From Antedon mediterranea (Eukaryota > Animalia > Echinodermata), in contig NC_092671.1 in assembly GCF_964355755.1 (NCBI RefSeq), positions 14,570,001 through 14,634,000 of the forward strand: DNA of 64,000 bases, in the 5' to 3' direction. The translations under genes were made by a program, and so were the position numbers. Position 1 is the stretch's first letter. Each line of letters opens with the position of its first letter. The notes under the pieces are model-generated. The model was not told the origin of the DNA, ran no database searches, and saw nothing but the letters and a program-made list of their open reading frames with translations. This document shows, piece after piece, positions 27,201-38,445 of the stretch.

Positions 27201-29776
27201 CTAGCGACGCAACGTAACGCAATCTACGCAAGCAAATTCCCTTCTTATAATTGTGTTTGCCCCGCTTGCGTGAAATCAAACCACAGGTGGGGGGTATTTC
27301 TAAACACCGCAAACTCCGCAAACCCCCGCAAACCTCCAAAAAAACATAGCAAACCCCATCGAACCAACATAAAACTGATTGAATTGTAGTGTACAGCCCC
27401 ATGGGTATATCCATGTAAAAAAATATTAAATTTCTACTGTTAACTACTTATTTTTGGGGTAAAACATCATTTTTTGGTCAAAAATGATTGATAATTTTTA
27501 ACCAAAAAATGATGTTTTATCCCCAAAAAAGTAGTTAACAGTAGAAATTTAATAATTTATATACCCAGTGGGTCGTACACTACATTATTCAATCACTTTT
27601 ATGTTGGTTCGGTGGGGTTTGCTATGGTTTTTTTTTAGGTTTGCGAGGTTTAGCAATCATTTTTGACCAAAAAATGATGTTTTACCCCAAAAATAAGTTG
27701 TTAACAGTAGAAATTTTTTTTTTTTTTTTACATTGATATACCCAGTGGGTTGTACACTACATGATTCAATCACTTTTATGTTGGTTCGGTGGGGTTTGCT
27801 ATGTTCTTTTGGAGGTTTGCGGGGGTTTGCGGGGTTTGCGGTGTTTAGCAATACCCCAAGTGGGAACCGACGATGCAATAGTGCTGCAAACATCATAGGT
27901 TTGATTTCACGCAGGTGGGACAAATACAATTATTAGAAGGGCATTTGCTTACGTTGCGTAGATTGTGGGAACCAAGCTTTACGTTGCATTAACGTCCTTG
28001 TGTTGCGTCCTAGAGGGAACCAAGCAATAAGCTTGGTTCCCACTAGAACGTAACGCAAGGACGTAAACGCAACGTAAGCGTTTTAAACAATGACAAGCGC
28101 AGTTATAGACAGTTAAGCGTGGTTCCCACTAGCGACGCAACGCAAGGACGTAACGCAACGCAAGTGAATTGACCAATCACAAGCGATGGCTTATTCGCTT
28201 GTGATTGCTAACAGTCTATAACTTCGCTTGTCATTGGTTAAAACGCTTGCGTTGCGTTTACGTCCTTGCGTTACGTTCTAGTGGGAACCACGCTTTAGAA
28301 TCACAAGCGAATAAGCCATCGCTTGTGATTGGTCAATTCACTTGTGTTGCGTTACGTCCTTGCGTTGCGTCGCTAGTGGGAACCACGCTTTAGTATCGGG
28401 CATGATTTATCAAAGTTTTCCAATGTGTAACATTTAGTTTCCGATTGGTACAATCAACATTTATTTAGGCCTATTCAAAAGTATCCTAATGCGTTATTAC
28501 ACAGAAACACTCAATCAAAAAAGGATAGTTGTAATAGTTGAATAGGCTTATTTTCTTTCTTATTTTCAGCATTGAATTTATTAGGACTGATTTTGAGAAT
28601 TATCTCACGGTTTACTGTGTTAGCAGCAATCGGCATTTGTATTGTTTACGCAGCTGAACTTTTCCCTACACCAGTCAGGTAAAGTATACTATACCTCCAA
28701 TAAAATTAGTTTGACTCATATTAATTATCACAGTCAATAACGAATGCGATTCATAATAAAACACGACAACAACACACAAGGACTGTTTTGTAAGATCAAT
28801 GGGGAAGTGTCATGTAAGCACTGCTCCCACTGGGGACTCATAATGCCCGGGCTTACACGGGTTTGGGTGCAGCAGTCAATCTGCTGTGCTTATAATATTT
28901 AAATAATGTGTCGAATTTTTTATAGAGGAGCCGGAATTGGTATTACTGTGACATTTGCTCGACTAGGAGGAATAACTGCACCCTTACTATGGCTGCGTGC
29001 ACTTCGAAACTGGGAGGGTATACCGATGATCGTTTTCGGTATTCTGTCCATCATCGCAGGTAGTCTTGTGTTGATTTTGCCAGAGACAGTTGGTAGAAAT
29101 TTACCCGAAACAATGGAGGAAGGAGAACAGTACGGGAAGTAAGTATAGTGATAACCGAACTTTCAATGTTATTTTGGGGGTAGTTTATGTTGGGCTGGGA
29201 ATATCAGTATAAGGGGAGATAAAGACCAAATTGAAAAGGTGCTAGGTAGGGTGGGAAAGTAATTGGTTCGTCTTTACAAGCTCAACTCTTCCTATAGCGA
29301 ACGGCTTGCCAATGTGTTCCATGCTATTGGAAGACCCCAATCATCCTCTTCATGGCGACATTATCGGCTCCGTTGTCGGTACTCATTCTACCCAGCTGGA
29401 ATACGACATTATAACAAAAGACTTGTTATAGTTTTTTTTTTCTTTTTATTTATTTAAGACAAGAGCGCTGTAATTTCCATATATTGGATAATAAAAAGGA
29501 ATCTGTATTTGTATCTACTAAATCATAATCTAAGAACACGTCTTTCAGATGAAACGTTAAGCACTGACAGATAGCATCGCTTTTGTTTGTTTTTTTAGGC
29601 TAAGCTTTAAACAAATAAAGAAGCAAGTAAAACGAAGATCTTTTCTAAAAGTCGGTACGGCTAACAAGAAGGGACCAGATTATGTGACAATGACATCTTT
29701 TTTAGACGATTGTGATAAGGCAACAACAGAAGATAGAAATGGTAACACCTTCACCGCCGGAGAAACGTCTGTTTGA
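24283..29776 (+). CDS. SLC22-family organic cation/carnitine transporter, multi-exon
   Basis: DIGEYGRFQ, Cys-containing loop, STEWDLVC, IGRKR, WIPESPRWL, ELFPTPVR, LPETVGRNLPET; ends ...GETSV stop. Confidence 0.93.
25554..25933. mobile_element. MITE family B (TIR AAGCGTGGTTCCCACTAG), nested pair
   Basis: An inner copy at ~25600-25782 lies inside an outer copy; TAA/TTA-type flanks suggest PIF/Harbinger (Tourist-like). Confidence 0.85.
27076..28393. mobile_element. Cluster of nested MITEs (family B plus a GGGGTATT...AATACCCC element at 27291-27857)
   Basis: Multiple GGTTCCCACTAG/CTAGTGGGAACC termini; 28115-28295 is inserted in reverse orientation inside 28029-28393. Confidence 0.87.
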
Positions 29777-30896
29777 CTTTATTCAGTAATATAGGCCCCG
29801 ATTGCCTCGTGTTTCGCACGCGTGTAATGGACGTGTGACACACCGTGCGTACTCTATACCTAATATGGAACATGTGGTACTCAAAACGTTTTTTGTTGTT
29901 TTTTATTTATTATTCTGTTTTTAAGAATAAAAAATGTGTTTAATAATAGTTATAGGCTTACGTGCACAAAACACTAAATGTCAAATTTAGGTTGGAGATA
30001 ATAATAATAAAAGTATGAACGATGTTTCTCGCTTAGAATAAAACATAATGTTATTACTGTTTATGTTGATTTTAAATCTGATCATAAAATGACTAACTGA
30101 TCATAACAAATAAACATTTTTCAACAAAGGAAATTAAGGGGAAAAATCTTTAAGCATAATTTGTTTATAAACGAAAGAACCCAGCCAATTTAAAAAATCA
30201 TCAAGATCACGAACGTTATTATTTTTATTTTTGTATGATTTTCTAGTATATTATCCGGGTGATCTTGGGTCGTCAAGTTTTCTCTTGACTTTTTCATAGA
30301 TTCGAAGAGTTTCTTACCCTGGGATAATTATCTAGAAGATAAGAAGAAGGTATCCACACCTTGTCAATCGCCTTCTCTTTATCACTCTCTGGTTTCTGGT
30401 TCCCGAGTTTGTGCTGATATTAAGATTGTCGGATATTAAATTTGTCCATGATCAATAGCACCAAATGACAACTTAAACGACAAACTAGGCCCAATAGCCT
30501 ACAACATAAACAATCCTATCTTTAAACATCAATTTCATTAAATAAACAAAAATCAGTTTATACTGTAATACCACCAATCTAGATGATCTATAGGCCTAAG
30601 CAAAATGTCATTAAAAACACTGTCATTAAAATATATATTCATCATTGACTTAAGTTTACGACCTTTTTATATACTTGTTTATACCAGGGAGTTGTGAAGG
30701 GAGTTGTACAACTCCCTGGGTATACAGTATTTAAATTCCTGGCAGACTTTTTTAAATATAAATTCCGCCCTCTACAATCATGACAATTAATAAGGAAATC
30801 AACCACTCGCGATCGCACAACACATCAGCTGCACACAAAAAAGGCAGTGTACATTTTATTATGTTCTACCGGTCAATTTAATTAATTTTCTAAATA

Positions 30897-33800
30897 ATGA
30901 ATTATTTAATACGTTTACTAGTTCTTGTTTTTCAAGTTTCTCTTACAGTATTAGCTGGGTAAGTAATAATATATTTCTTTATGAACTAAATTATCTGCCA
31001 ATCGGTACACATGGTAATTATTTTCTAGGCCTGGCCCTAGAGGCTAGCCTGCTAGGTAGAAGTATAGCATGTTTGTAGGCCTATCTAGGCCTATCCTCGC
31101 TAGGCGTACACGAGATAGGGAAGTATTGTGACAGATAACACACAGGGGTTCGATGAATTCCGTCAGGCAGGCATAAACGCCTACGTGTACCTATTGGGAC
31201 TGATTAGAACATATTGTGGGTAGGCCTAGGCCTAGACCAATTTATTGTGATTTTTGTAAATATTAATATTTAAAAAATTATGATTTATTAAATAAATAGA
31301 ATTAAAGTATACTTTTATTTGTTAAAATTTTTTTTTATAGGCTTCTAGGCCTATAAAAACTGATTGATAATAATAATAATCTATAAATCAACAATCATTA
31401 TTAGGCTAACATAGGCCTACTAGGTATGGCCTACTGTAGTTTTTACTAAAAATGGCCCTTTACTAGTCAATTTTTTTAATTAATTTAATATTTAACAATA
31501 AACAATAAAATAAAATTATTATTCCTGTCTTAATAGGCGTGATTTCTACAAGATATTGGGCGTCACGAAAAAAGCAACAAAAAATGAAATTAAAAAAGCA
31601 TATAGGAAATTAGCAATACAGTATCATCCTGATAAAAACCAGGGTGATCCTGAAGCTGAGGAGAAATTCAAGGATTTAGGAGCAGCTTATGAGGTAGATC
31701 ATTTAATTTACTATATTTATTTTAATATTTATTCTAAAGAATATTTAGCACCCAAAGTTTGTTTACCCAAGGTATATGTATATTATGATATTGCTTAAAT
31801 GTTTTTCTGTGTTTGGAATATAGTGTAGTATTATATTGAAATGATTCAAAATATTTTAGATTATTATTGATTAAATTGTTACAAATTGTATCTATCCTAA
31901 CTTCTTGTATATCACTTTATAAAGATAGATTATTATGAGAACTAGATTAAAAGAAAAGAGTAAACCTTGTACCATATTATTCATTTACTTGGTCCTTGGA
32001 TGAAAATTATTATTAATTACTGATATTAACTTTATTAATACTGGTGTACATACCAAGTGTAGTTTATCCTTCTCATATTTATTGATGTTATTATAAATTA
32101 AATGTCTATATAGTATATAGTATTGTTTAACCTGGTACTAATGAACTTTAAACACAAGGCACTTTCTAATCTATGCTTATTACAATTGATCTCACATCTT
32201 TTATTTTAAAGGAAATTCTAATCTTGTTAATTATTCATTTATAATTATATTTAAACAGTCAGTATCTATTTACCCTACTACATAATGGAATAGCCCAAGT
32301 AGTTGATTTGAGTAAATGTGGCCAAACGTGATTGGCTAATAAGTATTAGTTATTACTAACACAATAAAAACATAGGGAGGATAATTTGAATTTGTATGGT
32401 GGTGTTTAACATTTTATGATGTATGTTTTTGTTTATAAATAACATATTTTATTTGATAATTAATACATTATAAATTTCAAAATTAATAATTCAACTATTT
32501 TATTCTGACATATATTATATTATACAAGCCTAGTTTTATTGAGAACTATTAAAATCAAAATTTATATATATATATTTTTTATATTTGTTTATGATTAAAT
32601 TTAACATTATCAATATATCATATTCTATTTTAATATATTAAAAAATACTGTTAAATTACTAATTAATTTGTTATTTCAATATAATAAATAGTATCCTGCA
32701 TTAAGTATTAATAATAATTACTTGAATACATTAATTTTAGGTGTTATCAGATGAAGAAAAACGTAAACAATATGATAACTATGGAGAAGAAGGTCTAAAA
32801 GATACTGGTAGCCACAGAGATCCATTCTCAAGGTAGGAAATAGCTTCTTTTTTTAAATAAAATAAATTAGCATTTGATAATTAAATAAAATAAATTCAAA
32901 TTGAACTGATTTTGACTTACAGTTGTGCTGGTAGTGCACTTTTTTTAAACTAACACCAATTTGAATTATTATTGAATAGTGATCATATATAATCCCAATC
33001 CAAAATACAGTTTTCTTGTATATTGTTATGCAGTGGCAACATTTGTAAATTTTGTTCAAAACAAGGTTATAACAAAGTTTAACACGTTCACTGCCACGGC
33101 GTATTTATATGTCAAAAATTGCGTGTCGCTACTTGCCAAGACGTAATACTACGTCAAAATCGTAGCACTTTTGTATTGTATGTAGAATCGCTGGCAGTGG
33201 TGATTGGAACAGGAATTATCGCATGGCAGTTTATGAATGATGTACGTAAACGATAATCTAAAAATATTTTGAATGACATCATGATAGTCTGTGACCAGAT
33301 GTTACACTTTAAAACTGTAATTTAATATGTAAACGGGACTTGGCACTGGGACAGAAATTACGGAAAATGCCTTGGCAGTCAATGTGTTAATAAAAGAATT
33401 TTTTTTTTATCAAGATTGATGTTTTCTATTAATAAACTATTATTTTAAAAACTTTCAATTTCTTTCATTAGTTTTTTTGGTGACTTTGGATTTCATTTTG
33501 GTGGTCATCATCATTCACATAACGATGATGTCCCACGAGGAGACGATGTACATGTAGATCTTGAGGTATCATTAGAAGAACTGTATACTGGTAACTTTGT
33601 AGAGGTAAGAATCCAATGCTAAACCAACCCTGCTAAAAGGAACCCTGAGCCCCCACTAAGTTTCAGTAATTACAATACAATATTTTTAACTCTCTTTTTT
33701 TTTTAAATTTCAGATTGTAAGATATAGGCCCGTACCTCATACCTCATCTGGAACAAGGAAGTGCAACTGCCGGCAGGAGATGCGAACAATGCAGTTAGGC

Positions 33801-36027
33801 CCAGGAAGATTTCAAATGTCTCAACACGAAGTTTGTGATGAATGTCCAAATGTTAAGTAAGTGTAGTGCTCTGTCAAATATACAACAAAGACAAACCTGT
33901 ATGAAAGGCAATCTTCACCAAAAATAATAAAGAAATAAGTTGATTCTAAACTACCTTATAATAAAGAAAGAAATTACTGTTTCGTATCTACGTGTAACCT
34001 TTAGTAGCCTATGTGTAGGTAGATCGTAGGTCATTGTTCTCTGAATGTAGCCTATGTTCTTATTTAATGGGGATGCATGAAATCAATATTGTGGTACAAT
34101 TTAGTGAATAACTTAGTCATTTTATCAATTATGTCATGCTTTATGGAGTTGAGGGCAGATAATTTGTGGGTTTTATTCTAATTGTCTTTAAAGATTAGCT
34201 TCCAAATACTGTTTTGTTCATTCTATATAGATTAGTAAATGAAGAAAAGATTCTAGAATTAGAGGTTGAACCGGGTATGGTTGACGGACAAGAATACTCA
34301 TTCATAGCCGAAGGTGAACCAAACATCGACGGGGAAGCTGGAGATCTTAAGTTTTATATTATTGCTGCAAAGTAAGTGTTAATCTCTCCCAATACCAGAC
34401 ACCCTTGGGCTGACCTCATATGTCTGGTTTCCAGAAATTCTGATATTCTATTATTTGAAAGTTTAGACTGTAATACTGTAAATTTACAACAATTTATACA
34501 GTATACAGAAATTAGAAATCACAATTATAAAATGATCTTTTAGACCATTTGTAGTCTTATTTTGATAATAACTGATACTATCAATAATGTATTATGTTAA
34601 TATATTTGATGCTAATATAGAAGGAAACTATTAACAAAGATTCTGTCCTCTTTCATTTAGACATCCTAGATTTGAAAGGAAGGGCAATGACCTTTATACG
34701 AATGTAACAATATCCCTACAAGATGCTTTAGTAGGATTTGAAATGGATATTACACACTTAGATGGACATAAGGTAAGGCCTACAAAGTCTTCGTTCACTA
34801 CTAAGTATTATTAGTACTTATATTTACTAAAAGAGAGTTTATATGTTATAAGAAAAAAGTAAAAATAGTTCTATTGCGATAACTTTTTTCGTCTTTATTT
34901 AAATGGTTAAAAATGTGAAAAATAATTCCATTCTAATAATTATAGCGACCCGCTATAAATCCCAAAATGCATTGCGCAAGGATTGATATTTTTGTTTTTC
35001 TTCTGTAATTCACCCACTTTTCGATCGATCGTGAGGCCAAAACAAATGGAAGAATCCTAACTTTTCAGCGAAAATACCAGGTTTTCCCCAATTTGTATCA
35101 ATGGAGTCTGGCAAAAATAGAAAGACAATTATAATTATTAATGCAGCAACTATACGTCAGGCTAGGTATATACAGTAGCTAGCGTACAATGTCCGTACGT
35201 TACCTATGTTTACCAGCTGGGCCTACAAAACAAAGCCTAGCTAGGCTAGGCCCACGAGAGGTCGATCGCCGCGAGCTACTTAGGTAGTGCATTGTTTTTC
35301 ACTTTTTATCATAATTTACCATAAAAGGTACATTTAAGAAATGACCTGGTTTAATGTTTCTAAAGTAATATATATGTATTATTTTTACAAAACGTCACAA
35401 ATTGTAGGGAAGGTGTCTTTTATCAGACTAATGTGTTGTTTTTATGTTGTTAGCATTCTATTCTGTGTTGTGCAATTTTCTGTGTATTTTTACTGTTTTA
35501 TTTATATTTTTATATGGTGACAAAATGTAACTAAATAATAATAATTTGTAAAATCATTTTTTGTAAGGCTAGTATTTATATTGAATTTTTATTTAGGTTC
35601 ATGTGGTTAGAGATAAAATTACGTGGCCCGGAGCTCGTATACGAAAAACCGAAGAAGGAATGCCATTTTACGATAATAACAACAATAAAGGATCACTGTT
35701 CATAACATTTGATGTTAAATTTCCAAAAGGTGAAATATCAAATGAAAATAAAGAAAGTAAGTGTCTTGTTGATTATGTTAAATTGCATGTTATGCCTCTG
35801 ACGCTTCGACCTATCACATTACTGTATCAATTACATTGACCTGCAAATGGATCACCACAACCAGTACCAAGTGGTTAGTGAAAGTTTGGTCTATTGCAAA
35901 AAAAACTTTTATAATGATGCAGTGTGTGAATATTTTTTTTAACATGTTTTCTTTTATTGCAGAATTTAAACAACTTTTAAACGAAGTATCTAAACCAACA
36001 GTATATAATGGCTTACAAGGGTATTGA
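30897..36027 (+). CDS. DNAJB11: DnaJ homolog B11 (ERdj3), ER Hsp40
   Basis: Signal peptide [21 protein letters not shown]|[12 protein letters not shown] motif, [29 protein letters not shown]-terminus YNGLQGY. Confidence 0.97.
33083..33386. mobile_element. Non-autonomous DNA element with TTAA flanks (piggyBac-like)
   Basis: TTAA|CACGTTCACTGCCACGGCGTATTT ... AAATGCCTTGGCAGTCAATGTG|TTAA. Confidence 0.75.
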
Positions 36028-37228
36028 TGTAAAGTGTGTTAACAAGAGGCTGCTGTTCTTTTTTAAACATAACAAGTTGTTTATATGAAAATGACATTCT
36101 ATCATTTACGTTATTACCCTGATGATGTCATCATTCATTCAATTAATGATGATGTCACAGTCCAACATGTTGTTACTTTATGTTGTCCATGGTTAATATG
36201 ATAGATTCGTAGTCGCTTAATAGTGATTTAAAATTTGTTATTTAAATACTGTATATTATTGCAATGTTTTAGTATTGATAAAACTCTATGATTTTATTAT
36301 TTCTATCAATTTATATTTAAACATTTGATTGCTATGCATGTTGATGTTTATTGATTATTATTACCCTTTTCACATCTCCTAACAAAACTCGAAATTTACA
36401 CAATGACTGAGGTGCACACCATACAAAATGTGTGTGTTCATGCCCCTGTGTGTTAAATTGCAGAGTTGGCTAGGTGATGTGAGAGGACTGTCATATGTGC
36501 ATGATGTCCTAATAAATTATTTATGATGATGTCATAAATTGATTGATTTCAATTAAATGTTTAGGTTAATAAATGTATAATTTGTTTATACTGTAATACA
36601 ATACAATTATATATTTTATTTTACACATTTGTATTTGGTTCATTTTAAGTAAATAAATTAAATGCAACTTGAAAATAGTATTGCATACTCTTAACCGTGA
36701 TTTGTTTTTGACTTGATAATTAGAAATGTAATGATTTTGTTGATACATATATCCACAGCATTTGTACAAGTGCCTTAGAAGCTAGAATGTTATACAGATG
36801 ATAAAACCTAAATAACATTGTAAATAGGCTTATTTTAGTTTTCATTAATAATTGATCTTCATTTTGTTAGAATTTAAACTTTTTTAACTGACCGTTGATC
36901 ATCACATAAATTGAACAAGAAATTATTAAAAACAAGCCAGATTCTTTACTTATTTTAAATTTAAATTCTGTAGTAAATAAATGATATAACTGTACAAAAA
37001 AGCTTTTATTTATTATGATTTCACTGAATTTTTGATGTGAAAATATGATTGTAATTCTATTTGATAGAATTATTTGTTTTGCATTTAACAGGCTCAAAAT
37101 TCAATATCTCACAATATAATTTTAATACTATCGTACCTCAAACAACAGTGTTCTCTCAATATTGTTCAAAAAGATTTTCACATGAAGTAGTGAAACAATA
37201 AACTTAATGAATTCAGAATTTCTTGTGT

Positions 37229-37750
37229 TTTATTTACTTAATATTGTTCACTGGTTGGTTGTTTGGGAGGCTAAAACTGCCTCGAATTTGAGTTGGTTAT
37301 AAAAAAAAACTATCATGATTTATTCAAAATAAATGAGATTTGAAGGCATATGTGGTCTGGGTAGCACAAGTGTTGAACACCGTCTACAAACTGTATTACA
37401 GAACAAGAAGAATAATTTTCTTGTCCACCCAATTTAGAATGAAAAGTTAGGCATTATATTATATTCCTATTATTTAATTTCAAATAAAATGCATGCGACA
37501 TCGTGTAGGCCTAGCCTAGGCCAAGAATTTAAATGCAAGTTGGTTTCAGAAAATAAATACTTTCTGTATAAATCTGAAAGTAAATATTTTTAGAATTAAA
37601 CTATTAATAATAAAATCGATATATTGTGCTTCTGTTGCCTCATAAATATGCTTTAATATTAATGCATTTAATGCCACCTACCTATTATCTTCTCAATTAC
37701 TCGAGGCTTGTGTCTTCACCACCGTCGACTTCCAAAATGGCAGAAGTAGG
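37229..37750 (-). ncRNA. Putative two-exon non-coding transcript
   Basis: Promoter motifs at 37730-38000, donor AG|GTAGGT at 37682/37681, pyrimidine-rich acceptor ending TACAG at 37391, AATAAA at 37324-37319 and 37234-37229; only a 9-codon ORF seen before the first poly(A) signal. Confidence 0.45.
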
Positions 37751-38445
37751 CTAAGTTTGTGATCGACTTGACGTAAACTTTAATTATGCAAATTTGAAGA
37801 TGTTTTTCTTACTTTTGATTGGCTGAATCGGCTTTCACTGTTGTTGCTGTTGAACATTTATTGGCTATTTAGCATAGTACAGTTCATCGCGCGTATTCTG
37901 AACTGCTTTGGTACAACGATTGGACGACGTTTGACAACAAAATTATTGTCTGCTTGGTACCCAAAGTTCCAAGAACTTTCGACAATATAAGAGGGCGCTA
38001 GACTTGTTTTCAACCTTGTCATGTAGGATTAAATTTAGGATTTCCATTACTATCAGAACTTGTAGTTTCATTTACTGTATAAGAATTCTACACAATGTAT
38101 TTTTTTATGTCAATCTCTCAAAACAAAAGAAGATTTCGCTCAGCAAAACAGAGCTAATTTATTTAAAATCTATGATTCTTACTAAATGATATAATATATT
38201 AGATTTTAATACAATAATTTAATACAACATTCTCTCAAGTAGTTTCAATTACTTCTAATACACTGCCATAGTTTACATGCTGTTTATCGCACACACAAAA
38301 AAAAAAAAATAATAGTATATTTTTGCAATTTCTGTAAGATACAGTACAGACCTATATTCATTTGATTAAATTCATTAACAATGCATTTTTAAGCTTAATA
38401 TTTTTAATAAGCAGATCCAGAATTTAAGCAGAAAATTATTATATT

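Noticed and set aside
27169-28393. ORFs within the MITE cluster as transposase
   Set aside because: Short, no DDE-like motifs, and they arise from GC-richer inverted repeats.
30257-30450. Minus-strand coding-looking stretch upstream of DNAJB11 (HKLGNQKPESDKEKAIDKVWIP)
   Set aside because: The nearest ATG closes after 9 codons and there is no recognisable family; it could be a decayed fragment but is unsupported.
36403-36445. SECIS element in the DNAJB11 3' region
   Set aside because: No properly placed GA quartet on the 3' side, and the TGA follows the conserved C-terminus YNGLQGY.
37392-37681. Intronic C/D snoRNA in the putative non-coding gene
   Set aside because: No RTGATGA box C found on the minus strand.
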